Shown in pieces: positions 25,242 through 38,671 of a stretch of 64,000 bases of DNA. The notes below the pieces were generated by a model, which was not told where the DNA came from, did not search any database, and saw nothing but the letters and a program-made list of their open reading frames with translations. The position numbers and the translations under genes are program-made. Position 1 is the first letter of the stretch. Each line of letters starts with the position of its first letter. This stretch comes from Octopus vulgaris. Lineage: Eukaryota. Location: NCBI GenBank assembly GCA_951406725.2, contig OX597828.1:61194001-61258000 (forward strand), in the 5' to 3' direction.

Positions 25242-25352
25242 GATGAATATGGTATTTAAGTTGAGGCACCAGAAGTTAGTACGGTATTAACCATACAATT
25301 TTCAACGTAAGGTGATTAAAATCAAAATAAGCAACAAGGATATCCAGAGGTA

Positions 25353-25441
25353 ATGCAGTATGATCGTTTCATGCAACTCCATTTAATTGAACAATGCAAT
25401 CATAATATCAATTTAAAATGCAGAGCAATCCTCAGCTGCAC
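25353..25441 (-). ncRNA. Type I hammerhead ribozyme with extended stem II
   Basis: Minus strand: GUGCAG CUGAGGA UUGCUC..CAUUU..AAUUGA-loop-UCAAUU AAAUG GAG..GCAU GAAA CGAUCA UA CUGCAU. Canonical core and near-palindromic stem III. Confidence 0.8.
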
Positions 25442-26065
25442 AAAGACATAGAATTTAATTCAATTAAAACAGATGGACACATTAGTATAATTTTACTTAA
25501 AATATCTCCAAGAAGGTAAGGAGATAGACAAAGAACATGATGTCTTCACTCCAGCATAGAAGCTACTAAGATATCAAGAAGATATACATTGTTACTCTGC
25601 CTGTCACTGATTTTTTTGTTTTTATGGGGTCACTTTTAACTTATAGACGAGTTTATCAAATCCTTGTATATCTAAGGCTGAGAGAACAAAGGGGCAGTAT
25701 CTGTTCGGGGTAGGGCTGAGGGAGCAGATAAAAATCATAGTTGGTATAGTCATAAAAATCAAGATTTATTAGAAGCAATATCACAAGGTTTGGTAAAGGA
25801 AAACTTAAAACAAGATGTTAGCTGACAATTAAGGGGGTCGCTCACTAGCAGACTATTCATAATGAAACAGACACACACATGCATCGAATTGTGCCCAAAC
25901 GAACACAAATGCAATGCTCATTTTCCATTCATCTGGGTTGCTTTTCATTCGAAATTATGACAGTGTCAGCTCCTAAAAACTGCGTAAATAAGGAGGTAGC
26001 GTTTGGAGGTTTTCCTAGGAAGGTCGTGCTTCTATATAGACCTGAAATTTATGATGTGTACGGTC

Positions 26066-26452
26066 GATCACTTTCCACTTCAGCCAAGCCCACATCAACT
26101 TCTTCACGTCTCATTTTGAAGGAAAACTGAGGGTGGAGAGATAGGTACTATCCCCCACCCCGTAAATTTGTTGAATGATGAGTGAATGTAGCGAAAATGG
26201 TTCCAGTAAATGGGCGTACTCTTAGCATGCGCCTGGAATTTACGCAGGAGAGAAGAATTCATGCTATAGTGCACCTGGTGTGTATGGCGACTTGGGATCT
26301 CTGGGGATCCTTAGTCTTTCCTGGGTGACGCTCTCCCCTACTGGGGATCTTCATTGTTTTCATGTTTAGTGTTTTTATTGTTTACACGTATTTTATGTAA
26401 ACTCTGATGTCCCTTTTTTTGTATCATCCTTTTGTTTTGTGTGCAGCACTTG
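26066..26452 (+). mobile_element. 3' end fragment of an L1/Tx1-like element
   Basis: CCCACATCAACTTCTTCA..GTGGAG..GCGAAAATGG resembles 31265-31355, followed by a T-rich 3' UTR. Confidence 0.55.
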
Positions 26453-26456
26453 TGCC

Positions 26457-26670
26457 TCGGCAGAATCGTTAGCAGGCCGGGCAAAATGCTTAGCGGCATT
26501 TCGTCTGTCTTTATGTTCTGAGTTCAAATTCCGCTGTGGTCGACTTTGCCTTTCATTCTTTCGGGGTCGATGAAATAAGTACCATTTGCGTACTGCGGTC
26601 GATATAATTGACTAGCCCCTTCCCCAAAATGTCAGGCATTGTGCCTTTAGTAGAAAGGATTATTATTATA
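26457..26670 (+). mobile_element. SINE family C
   Basis: GGCAGAATCGTTAGCA..GAGTTCAAATTCC..GGGGTCGATGAAATAAGTACC..AAAGGATTATTATT tail. Confidence 0.85.
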
Positions 26671-26671
26671 T

Positions 26672-28350
26672 TTTAGCTTGATTTCGGAGCACTTCGAGCT
26701 GTTGCGGTTAGTTCAATTTTTTGGACATCGTGTATATTTTATTTTCCAGGTACTTTATCAATGAAGACCGAAGACTCCTTTGCAACCATTCTTACTACTA
26801 CTGGTAAAGTAACTGTTTTCAGTTTCTACATCCTGGTGATTTCTATCTCTAGGTCCTTGTATTTAGCTAACTTTTCGAATTCTTTGACAAATATTTTCAT
26901 CAGCTGGTACTGTCATATCTGGTAGATAGCAGGCATTTTGTCGATGATCTTTGATAATAATATCAGGTTTATTGGTATTTATCGGTCTGTCAATAATGAT
27001 GGTGAAGTCTCACAGAATAGTAACTTTCTCTTTGTGACTGGTTTCGAGTGGAATTCATACTCTATTTGGCCATGCCTAATTTTGTACACGGTTATTGCGA
27101 GTTAAGAGCAGCCAGCCACATTCTGGTCGATGGTTTAAGCGCTGTTATCACATAGTCTACCGTCTACTATGGAGAATGTTGCTTGGAACTTGTGGGTAGA
27201 GATTGCCATTATAAAACCTTCAGTTTCTGCCTTTATACTAGAACCGTACAATCACTGATGTGTTTTTTCTTTATCAATATCTACTTCTCTTGTTCGTTTG
27301 GGATACTGACCACAGAGCGGTTTCTCTTGCCATTTGTTTACTAACTTTTTCAGGCCTTCATTGTTAGCTTTTTGTTTGTCGTGTTTTGTTGCTTCAAGAT
27401 TTTTTTAGCTTTGACATTATCATTTACATCTAAGTTCAGTCCTCTTTTATTCTTCTTTGCCTCTTTAGTGACAGAATGTAAATTTTGTTTCCTTCGTTTT
27501 GATTTGCTAAATCACGCCGGATGGAAAATGTTTCTGAGAGCCAAATCCAAAAATATTTTGGGCGTGTGTTGGAACAGAAGACCCACATCAACCGCAGAAA
27601 GAAGTTTGGGTCTACTGAAGTTAGATTTGGGACTGAAGAAACCAGGTATCATTCCGCGACGACTTTGAGGAATGAAGACTTCTTGGGTTTCAGGTATGAC
27701 TATTTTCACAGACTTCCTTTTGGTCGAGGTGGGTGTGGGGAAATGATTTTCTACTAAGTTGTTTTTGGTGGGTACTTACTAAACTCTCCAATGTCTTGGG
27801 GGAATTTTTGTTTCAAATCCAGATATGTATCCGTATCTGTTTGGATTAGTATCCTGTCCGATGTAGATTTCGGGAGGAGTTACGCAAAACCTTCTTCACT
27901 TGTTACAATGTTTTTGTTATCAATTACTTCCTTAATCAATTCAATGTTGCTCTTCTTAACAGCATTGATGAAGTTGATGAAGGAAGTAGGAAATCGAGAC
28001 TGTGACTGATGGACATTTTGTTTTTCGGTTTTCTCTTTTTGTTTGCGAGTTATTTTTTGTCGTGAATGTTTGTAAAAATAGGTTTTCTTGTGATGAAGAT
28101 GTTGATATTAGTGTTGATTTGTTTTTAAATTGGTGGTGTGGCGGATTTTGTTTTTTACCGTCATGCTTTAGGGCTTCAATTTTGGCCGGTCTCTGTTTGC
28201 TTCGGATCCAGTTTTCCTCTTATCCCCGATAAAAGCCTTTTGGTGTGATGTTAATGAGGCCTTTGCTTTTGTGAGACCTGAGTCTAAGGAAAGAGATAGT
28301 AGTTTGTCGACGAGTTGTTAGTAACGGTGTAGAGCTTCGTGCTTTCTCCA
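26672..28350 (-). mobile_element. Decayed R4/Dong-type non-LTR element (REL endonuclease), RT apparently deleted
   Basis: Minus strand: NKPDIIIKD..DMTVPADENI..KEFEKLAKYKDLEIEITRM (PD-(D/E)xK REL) and WQEKPLCGQY..ETEGFIMAI upstream. Confidence 0.8.
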
Positions 28351-28399
28351 CCGCGGGGTAAAAGGCTTTGAGGTGGTTCGTATTCCCAAATAAAAAATA

Positions 28400-31300
28400 C
28401 TTCGGTTTTTTTCCCTTCTATATAAACGGGCATATGTTCGATTGGCACCGTATATGTTCCGACACGCGATGGAAGGCCAGATTTCTTCAGGGATCAAGAA
28501 ACATTCTTGTGAACCTCTCGCACTTTAGTTCTAGTGGGGGACTGGAATAGAATTTTGAACGTGTGGAAGGATTGTGCGGGTTTAGTATATAGAAGCGGGT
28601 GGCTGTAAAAGCCTCGAAAACTGCTCAGAAACTTCAAGCTGTCTGACAGTTATCAACAAGATTTTCCTGGTGTGCAGTGTGGATATGGATCATCCAAATC
28701 GTATTTAGATAGAGTATTTGTTTTGTTAGGGGATAGGGATACCATTGGTTGTTCACAATTTAAATTGGTTGGCTACACAGATCACAAATTTCTGATATAC
28801 ACAGTTGATTTAGATAGGATCCGTAGACAGGGACCTGGTTACTGGAAGTTAAATACATCATTCCGGCACATAAAGATTACAGGGATGGAATTGGCGAACT
28901 AGTTAAGCAATTGATAGGGGTAATCATCAGTAACCGGTGGTAGATCGCCCTGAAGAGAGCGATTAGAGCAGAATCTATAGCGCTTAGCAAAGAGGTAGCA
29001 ATAGAAAGAAATAGATTAGAGGGAGAACTAGTCAGCAAATTAGAAGAGGTGGTTAGTAAGGGCATCGCGAACGACGTGTTAGCGGCGAGAATGGCTCTTG
29101 ACCATTTCTTTGAGGCGAAACACAAAGGATACATTGTCAGAGCTAAGACCCGTGTGCTAAAACACGAAGGAACTGAAGCCATCCGATGGGCCCGAACGGT
29201 AGAGACGCGGCGTGGAAGCAAAACCACGATTAGGTCTTTGACAGACCGTGAGCTACTCGGTTCTAAGTAGATGTGTGCTGCTTTCCAGCAGCACTTTATG
29301 TGACTGTTTGGGGAAAGTGATGGGTCGACGATGATAGCAGACTTTACTTCGTACCTGGATGACCTACCGCGGCTCTCAGTAGCAGACGCGAGATTCTACG
29401 AAAAGCCGATTACTTCACTGAAATACGGGAGGTGATAAGCGATTGCACAAGTCGCCCGGTTTAGATGGTTAGCCGGTGTGTGGTGGCAGTGCTGAAGAAT
29501 GACGTCGACAATGGGGGCGTACTAGGAAATTTTCGGCCCATAACACTACTAAGCACAGAGTTTAAGATTTTGGCCAAGGTGTTAGCGAAAAGGTTGGTGC
29601 TTGTCGTTGATAGTCTAGTAGGAGAAACACAAATCTGCGCATTCCCGAACAGGTCTATACGCGACAAACTCCACCTTATGCGATACATCATAGAGAGGGT
29701 CGGGACTAAAACTGGCTTCAGTCGGGCCCTAAGCAATTTAGGTTAATCGAAAGCATTTGATAGGGACTTAGAAGCTGTCCTTAAAGCGACCAGTTTTCAG
29801 AAGCTGGATCGCTACAATGCATAACGGCACCTGCGTAGTGGTCAAAGTAAATGGCCATCTTTCGGAACCGTTTTGCATCAAACGCCTGGTCCGTCAGGGC
29901 TGCTCGCTGTCATCTCTTCTGTATGGGCTAGCTTTCGAGCCACTGCTTCGGAAGCTGGAACAGTTAAGAGGTCTGCCTTTCGAAATTGGACTCGGGAGGG
30001 CAGTGTCAGCATACACGGACGACGTCATCATGGTATCGGACGACTCCGAAGTGAAGACGTTTGGCTTCATTCTAGAGCAATATGAGTCGGTTTCAGGGGC
30101 CAAAATCAACGCTGAGAAGTCGGTGGGCTTGCGACTGAGCACCTGGAGAGGCAGGTCGATACCGTCAGACGTTGGATTGACGAACCAGTTAAACTGCCCG
30201 GGGTTTGGTTCGGTCCCTACCTCCAGGTGGATAAGAACGGGGACGAGGTGACGAACAGGGTGGCCAGTCTTACCCAGAAATGGGCAGAGAGGAAGCTGTC
30301 CTTGAAAGGTCGGGCAGAGGTGGCGAATGCCTACATCGCCTCTACCATCATTTATCGTAATCATTTATCCATCAACATTTATCCGCCATCATTCATCGTC
30401 TGGCCGTCGTGCCTTGCCCCAACTTGATCAAGTTGGAGCATCTCTTGCTCATTTTCTTATGGAAAGGATGCCTTCCAATGGTTAGGCGATCAGTCTGCTG
30501 CTAGCTCCATCTGAGTGGGGGCTTAAGCACGCCGTGGCTTTTGATGCGCAGACAAGTGCACAGGCTGTGCCAACTGCAACGACTTTTAGAAGATGAACTT
30601 ATGTGGACTCCGTTTGTGAGGCACATCTTTCCGCAACTCGTTTCTTTGACGGAGCTGCAGTTTGGGTGAAGGATAGACCAAGACTGGGCGCCTGGCGCTT
30701 AAAATGTTGTCAGGCACTCACTGTCCTCTACAAGATGGGCAATAGGATCGGGGTATGTTCCACTTTAGCTATATAGAGAGGATTAGTAACAGGGAAATGC
30801 GACGACGTCCTAGGGAAGACTCTGTGCATCGACGAAGACGAATTGGCTAGTCTGTTGCGGAGCACGTTTCGGTCGGAGACTATTATGGATAATTTCCAGA
30901 TGTCTCTGGCTTGGCAGTGCTACCGGCGGGGTCGCCCCATTTTCGAGATAAACTCTATAGTCACGAATGTGCTGACGGATGGGCTTGTTCGAGGTGCTCG
31001 TAGAGCGACGAAACTGTTCTGCATGCACTCGTTCAGTGTCTGGGCATTGCTGACTTGAGGAGTTATGTCGAATGTGAGACGGCTCCGTTTGTCGCGTGTG
31101 AGACGGCTCCGTTTGTCAGCCGAGTCCATAATGATGATTTCCTCGCTGTCCACCTTTAATTGGGCAGGCAAGGCAGTTTTCTTTTGTCTGGCAGCTGTGG
31201 TGAAAGAGGTTGTCTGGTAGATGAGGCTGAAAGGAATGCGGACAGAAACATTCCTGTTTGATAAAACCCACATCGACTTTTTCAAATTAGTGTGGAGTGG

Positions 31301-31675
31301 GAGATGGTGTCCGCGAGTGAATTTATGAAAGGTGGGTAAAGGTTGCGAAAATGGCATGAGTGAATGGTACTACTCACAGTGTAGATCTGTGAGTCGGAAG
31401 AAAGAAGTTGGAAATGGCACTTGTCCTTGGTATTCAGGGTGATCGTGAATGTTGGGGTTCCTCGATCATCCTTAGATGTATCAGGAGAACCCCATCACTA
31501 TTTTTTTCCTTAGTGCCGTATACTATGTATATTTCCTTTCTTCTAATGTATACCGTGTATACTTTTTTTATCATTCCATTATCCTTAAACCCCTAAACTT
31601 TATGTTTGTCTTTGTATTGTCCCCCTCATCCTTCGCCCCGGTGGCAAATAAAAGAAATCGTTATTATTATTTTTA
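28400..31675 (+). mobile_element. Decayed L1/Tx1-clade ORF2 (APE C-terminus + RT) and 3' UTR
   Basis: SYLDRVFV..TDHKF, GPGYWKLNTS, NFRPITLLSTEFKILAKVLAKRL, VRQGCSLSSLLY, AYTDDV, SGAKINAEKS, LSLKGRA. 3' end GGCAAATAAAAGAAATCG(TTA)n. Confidence 0.9.
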
Positions 31676-31755
31676 TCATTGGCGTCGATGTAATCGACTA
31701 ACCCCCTTCCCTCAAACTTCAGGTCTTGTGCCTTGTGCCTATTGTAGAAAGGATT

Positions 31756-32535
31756 GATCTTTTCTGTTTGGTTGCCAGCGGCTCCAAAAATTGAAGTTTA
31801 CCGAAAATTTTAAAATTTGTTACAATAATACCCTTGCCCAAACTGAATTGCTGGAGTTATTTCATTTTCCCCAGAGAAATGTTTTTAAAAAAGTTATAGA
31901 GGATTAAAGTTTGCTCATTTTCATTCCGTCAAGAAACAGGATTTGGAAACTGTCATTTTGTGCGTGACTGCACATTTTATCAACATCCTGAACACAGCAC
32001 GTGTCGTCAATATTTGTAAAGAATGTGTTATGTCTCCAATAATTTTCTTTCATGTATATAACTGTTTATGTTAATTTAAAAGAGAAAAACAGTTTTTAAA
32101 TCTCTGAGCGAGATGTTGGCAAATAAACTTTAATTCAAAAGATTTATCCAAAAAATCTTACTTTAGCACACCTCACAATCATCTCAATGCTGAATGACAA
32201 AAAAAAACCATTAAACAAACAATTTAAATATGTTTAATTACAATTTAAATATGCATACAGAAAGCCTGTCTGGTCTCGCGGCAGACACCTCCGAAAACCC
32301 ACTGCTCAGGTAGGACCCTTCCTCGGTTGATTGCTCTTAACACGTGCTTCCTCTCAGACTTTTCAAAGACTGGCAACAGGCAAAAGAATTCTTGTTACTA
32401 TTGAAACAGACATGAATGTGTCTGTGGCTTACGATTGGCTGAAATTACCATAATTTTCAAACTTTAATTACTGAATATGAAATCAATTCGAACAGAAAAT
32501 TGACGCTGGCAGCCGCTGGCAACCAGAGAAGATCT
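31756..32535. mobile_element. Non-autonomous DNA transposon with ~25-bp TIRs and a 9-bp TSD (Mutator-like?), inserted in a SINE C tail
   Basis: Ends GATCTTTTCTGTTTGGTTGCCAGCGGCT / AGCCGCTGGCAAACCAGAGAAGATC. GAAAGGATT at 31747-31755 and 32536-32544. Confidence 0.6.
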
Positions 32536-32643
32536 GAAAGGATTATTATTATTATTGTTTTACTTCTCAGAACGTTCAGTCTTGTTTGCTCTGGTAAATT
32601 CTGTGAGAGCGGACAACAGGATGTCTCACAGGGCCTCTTTCTG

Positions 32644-32676
<33 letters not shown>

Positions 32677-32679
32677 TAT

Positions 32680-34295
32680 TCAGTAGTTTTATTTTTATAG
32701 CGTGCTTTCACTTCACTACCGAGCGCAGCTCTGTGTGCCTTGGGCATGTGTTGTGATTTGCTGCGATGCTCTGATGCTTACTGTATTGAAAGTGTTTTGC
32801 GTAGGATGTGTGCAGTGCCCAGTAATGCTATTTTCTGTATGTTATATGTGTTTGTAAGTCCTGGTGTTTTTGTTATGTATTTGTCTGAATATTTTTTTTA
32901 TCATACCCAATGCGCCTACTACGATTGGAATTGTTTCTGTTTTTAGATTCCACATTCGAGTTACCTCTATTTCCAGGTCTTTGTATTTTGAAAGTTTCTC
33001 CATTTCTTTTAGAGACACGTTGTCATCTGCTGGTATTGATACATCAATTAGAAAACATTTTTTTCTTCGTGATCTCTGATAACTATATCTGGCCTGTTGG
33101 CCTTAATTTCTCTATGTGTGCATTGGCATATCCCAGAGTATGGTTGCTTTCTCGTATTCTGTGACCTTTTCTGGTGTGTGCTTAAACCATCTTTTTTCTG
33201 TTGTTATTCCATAATGTTGGCATAGCTTAGCTAGGACTGGGCAGCCAGAGATAATATGATTTATTGTTTCTTGTCCATCTCCACATATTCTGCAGTTACT
33301 TGTTATGTTTCTTTTCATTATATGCTTTTGGTAATTTCTGGTGGGGAGGCTTTGGTCTTGTGCTGCAATTAAAAATCCCTCCATCTCTGCTTTGGGTCCT
33401 GAGCTTCTCAACCATTGCTGGGATTTTTCTTTGTCTATTTCTTTTGGAATTAGCTTAGTCCAGTATTTGCCATGAAGGGGCTTTTCTTGCCATCGTTTTA
33501 TCATGGTCCGTTGCTGTTCTATTTTTAGTTTGGCTTTCATTTGTTTTATAGCTTTTGTTGTTTCTTCTTCTTCTTCTTCTTCTTCTTCTTCTTCTTCTTC
33601 TTCTTCTTCTTCTTCTTCTTCTTCTTCTTCTTCTTCTTCTTCTTCTTCTTCTTCTTCTTCTTCATATTTGTTAGGTGGTATGATTTCTTGTTTGTATTTG
33701 TCAGCTTCCTTAAATACTGAGAACAGTTTTTTGTTTTGCTCGTGTTTTGCTGCTATTTGTATCAGTTTTCCTTGCTTCTGAAGTAGATATTTTTGCAGTC
33801 CTACGGTGCTTATTTTATGATAGTTTTCCAGCTGTATAAGGCCTCTACCACCTTCTATACGTTTTATATGTAGCCTTTCTATGTCAGATTTTGGGTGATG
33901 CATCCTAGATCCTGTCATTATTTTTCTTGTTTTCCTATCTATTTTGGTTAGTTCCTTTAGCATCCAGTTAAAGATATTGTAGCTGTAACTTACAACTGGG
34001 ACGGCTAAAGTGTTAATACCCATTATCTTGTTTTTAGCATTGAGCTCTGTTTTTAGTATTGATCTAACTTGTCTATAGTATTCTTTCTTTATTTTCTCTT
34101 TCATTTGTGTGTGTTGTATCTTATATAGTTCATGGATTCCTAAATATTTGTATGCCTGGCTTTGGTCTAATTCTCTTATTTCATTGGCTTTATCTAGTGT
34201 GATGTTGCTACTCTTAACTAGTTTCCTTCTTTTCGGGGTTGCTTTGGCACATTTTTCTAATTCAAATTTCATATCTATTTCCATGGTAAATCCGC
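32680..34295 (-). mobile_element. 5'-truncated R4/Dong-type non-LTR element with an internal (GAA)n expansion
   Basis: ORF 33112-34554: KCAK, YKYLGI, NTLAVPVVSYS, RIEGGRGL, WQEKPLHGKY, AAQDQSL, CRIC..ETINHIISGC (CCHC), then ANRPDIV..IDVSIP REL. 3' tail runs into (TGA)n at 32644-32679; 5' end abuts (ATT)n. Confidence 0.92.
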
Positions 34296-34518
<223 letters not shown>

Positions 34519-34589
34519 CTTATTTAGGTGGTATTCAGGCAGAATCATGAACACCTCCGACAGAATGCCAAGCGATACTTCTCTCGACT

Positions 34590-34750
34590 TTTAAATATCT
34601 GAGTTCAAGTCTCGCCGAGATCAACTTCACCGTTCATCGTTTTGCGGTGGTGGGATAAAATAAAGTACGAGTCAAGTTTTGAGATCGATGTAATCGACTA
34701 CCCGCCTCCTTAAAATGTCCGGCCTTGTGCCTAAATCAGAAACACTATTA
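34590..34750 (+). mobile_element. Diverged SINE family C fragment
   Basis: CTGAGTTCAAGTCTCGCCGAGATCAACTT..GATAAAATAAAGTAC..TCGATGTAATCGACT..GGCCTTGTGCCT. Confidence 0.65.
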
Positions 34751-35606
34751 CTGTTGTTTAAGCTGATGTTTTCTTCCAAATCTTGTTGCTGCTGTTTAAT
34801 TGTGGCTGTGTTTGTTGTCATCATCATCATCGTCGTTTTCGTTGTTATTGCTGCTGTCGTTCTTGTTGTCATCATCTCTTATGCTGCTGTCGCCATCGGC
34901 GTCGTCGTTGTTGTTTGTTCTAGAAGCGAACATCAGTAAACAACATTTTCATTTTAAATTAGAGACGTCAGTCGTAAATTGTGTGATGATGGCGGTTCAA
35001 GGAACAGCAAATATGTTCAAGGAACAGAAAATATGCAGAAAATATCCTTTCTCCCAACCCAACCAATCAGCAAGGATGATGTGGCACGGAAAAGGAGGAC
35101 ACACACGCGCACACATAGACATAAACACAAAACAACCTGTCAAATAACAACCTTATGTAAAACTGAATGCCAAGATCAAACAGAAATGTTTAATCAATCG
35201 AGGCGTCGGTGTCTTTGATCTTTGCAAGTTCTGTTTATCCAGCTTCCATTTGCCATTGAATATCTCTGTCTACCTATCTGCCTGCCTGCCTGCTTGCCGC
35301 TCGCTCTCTTCCGGTTTCTTTTTTTCCTTCTTTCTCATTTTGGTTTTATTTTTCTTTGGATGATTTCAAAATCCTGTACTACTGATGATTAAGATGATAC
35401 TCACCATCCTCTTCATTGCGTTACATATCTCCTTCATTCATCATCATCATTACTTGCAGCAACAGTATTACTGAAATCACCAACATATTATCACGAACAT
35501 CGCCTGCAGTATTAGAACAACTATAACAACAAGCAACAACAGTTGCTTCTGTTATGGTTGTTGTTGTTCCTGCTGCTGCTGTTGCTGCTACTACTACTAC
35601 TACTAT

Positions 35607-35668
<62 letters not shown>

Positions 35669-35956
35669 ATCCAGTACAAAGAAATATTTAGATTTGTTTG
35701 TTAAACTGGAATGTTTTCTGTTCAGAAATAAAAAGTAAATAGAAATAAAATATAAAAAGAAACATGTTTATTTGCTTATCAAAATATGTTTCAAATATAT
35801 ATATTTAATTCATTGTGTATTTTCGCTATTATTTATCGATATATTTACTTATTTGAAGCAGCAATCAGAACTTTCAAAATAAGTGTATATTATAATTGTT
35901 TACTCTATCTATGACTTCTATATATTTAGATCAAAGTAAGAAGTATCATTTCCCAT

Positions 35957-36028
<72 letters not shown>

Positions 36029-36299
36029 ACATTTTCCCCTAACTATTTCCAAGAAATTCATGATTTGTAAACTTCCAAAATTCATTTAACTGATAAACCA
36101 TTGAATATCACACCTTTAGGAAAAATTTAAAAGTTCTAAAGGTTTAACTTCTCAGGAAAAATAAGCAAAGAAGTGTTTTGTTAAATAACAACGAAGAGCT
36201 CATCTTTTATATTTTTTGTCTACAGTCTGTTTACCTTTCGTTTTCTTTAATTTTTTTCTTGATGACGTAAAGTTTGGTATGGTTGCCTTCCGGATTTAG

Positions 36300-37160
36300 A
36301 GCAAAAATTTAAAGCAAGTTATAAACGCACACCCTTCACATATCACGCTAACTCTTTCGTTAGCAACATATAACAATTCTTAACTACAGTTCAAGAGCCA
36401 AATTTTTATTGATTATAAATTAAATACAGAATATTTTCCTAAACTTATTTAAAAAGTTGAACACGGAGCTAAATTATATTACCGCTGCCATCTTCCTTGC
36501 TATACCATCAGCAAAGATTAGTAGATAAAAGTATATGACTTTTCCATAGCTCCCGGAAGGGAAATGGATTTGTAAGGATGCTACCGATATATCTTCAATT
36601 TGTTTCTTTAACTTCTTTTACTGCAAGAAAATATTTGTTGTAGGTAAAGCTGAAATATTTGTTCAGACATAAGTAAAAACAAGAGTAGCAGTGATGTTAT
36701 GAAAGTATATTCTTATTTGAGACTTTGAAGTAGATTTTCGCTGCAGTATAGAGACGCAAGTGGACGGATTGGCACGCCAAAAAGAATACCTCACTTTTAT
36801 TTGTTTTGACTCTCTGTGATCTAAGGTCAAATACAACCGCAGATGCTTTGCGATATTGGTTCCCGATCATTGCGCTCCGAGTCAAATTCCGCATAGGTGC
36901 CTAAAAAGCTTTCGGATCAGTATAGCAAGGCAAATGCTTGAAACAAATACTTGTACCAAGTAAATGTTGCTGGGCGAAGTCGAGAAAGGGGGCCAGCTAG
37001 ATTGACATGTACCTTGGTAAATGGATGAACATAGACATTACCAATATATTTCTGCTCCGAATATATTATTTCTTCAATTTGAAGATATTCTTAACTGCTT
37101 TATTGTCTGACTTTGATTTCCCACTAGTCTAAACTGATTATACTTCCCTTCAGCTACCTA
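36300..37160 (+). mobile_element. Very decayed PLE RT N-terminal remnant
   Basis: FLAIPSA/RLV (~36493) and DVMKVYS (~36693) resemble the PSVRLI and FDIESFYP motifs; weak. Confidence 0.3.
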
Positions 37161-37780
37161 TTAACTTTATATTCTTTGTTAGGCTGTATCTTCATCTTGT
37201 TTCTCCTCTTAACCCCCCTCTCACTCTTTCCCTCCGCTTCTTCCAATCCCTATTCCTTCCTCTTCTCTTAAAACTTTTATATTTGTAGACACAACAAGAC
37301 AACATGTTTTTGCTACTCTACTCTTCAAAAGGGAGGCCTAACTTCAGTAATTTCATCTAGACACCTATGGCTCACTTATGGCATCATGGACATATTGCCT
37401 ATGAATATGGTTATTATGTAAGTTTGCCCTCTTGAAACAGCTGTCGTAATAAGAAAATACATGTTTTCTATATGTATATTTTTCTTTATTCTATAATCTG
37501 TATCTTGGGCTCCATGTAAATATATGTCTCAAGCCTAACTGCTTTCATCTATATTACCTCTTTCATAAGAGCTATATTTTGATTGCTCTTATAACTAGTT
37601 TCGATGCTATGGATTTGCCCTAGATTTTGGAACTGGAATTTAAGTTCGCATTCATTTGGGCGCCACACTGTTTTGTGTACCGAGCTTACTTGGACCTCAC
37701 CCCCCTCTCTCTCTCTTTTTCTCTATATATACATGTGTGTGTACATACATGCTGCGAGAGAGTGAGAAGGAGAGAGAAAG

Positions 37781-37820
<40 letters not shown>

Positions 37821-37894
37821 AGGAAGTCTGGAAAAATCTGGAAGGTGACAATTTTGTGCAGATGTAGATAGGGACACTCAAGAATATTCTTAAC

Positions 37895-38086
37895 TTATAT
37901 ATGTTCTGCAGTCGCTTCTGTCGAATCGATTGCATGTGGCGATATGCAATTGTTTAAGGTAGGGGGAAGCGTTTTGTCTAAATTATTTTTGATCTTTCCT
38001 ATTGTAGATTCTGGTTTGTTATCAGTGTTTAGAAAAGACCGATTAGCACCCCGAGGTTTGGAATAATAATTGTTATTTGTTTGCAA
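37895..38086 (-). mobile_element. PLE RT fragment
   Basis: KPESTIGKIKNNLDK resembles the PLE PxKSxIGKISKxxLDK motif. Confidence 0.35.
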
Positions 38087-38609
38087 AGAAAGATGCTTGT
38101 TTTGCCGTATAATAAGTTTGAATGAACTTGTACCAGTATATTTTTATCCGTTTCTTATAGGCGATAGAAGGGCCATCTCGGGCTTTTTCATAGCACCTCA
38201 GTAGGTCTTGATTTAAATGTAAAGACAGACCAAGTGAAAGGAGAAGAGTATTTATGTCATTTTATATAGCTTGCATGCATCGTAGCACTGCTTGTATTGG
38301 TATCAATGTTGGTGTCATAATTATCAACATCAGTCATAATCCTACTGGCAAAATTACACATGGTGTAAGATATATTTTGTAATCCGGTCTTAATAAAGCT
38401 AGGTTGGTAAATAAGTGTTTTACTGATACATGCCTAAAGAAATAAACCAGTTGCTAATTTAAGCTGGTGGGGTCTGCATAATTGTGGAAGAAAACGTTCA
38501 AAACGGCATTGTAAACGGTGCTCTGTACCTGAACGTCTGATGTTGACTGCACCATATTTCATGTATGTATGTATGTATGTATGTATGTATGTATGTATGT
38601 ATGTATGTA

Positions 38610-38671
<62 letters not shown>

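Noticed and set aside
34930-35560. Unique-looking region with a GACGTCA (CRE-like) site
   Set aside because: A single short motif is expected by chance; there is no supporting gene structure.
38140-38210. Minus-strand CTGAGGT...GAAA motif
   Set aside because: No stem I pairing, and A9 is missing.
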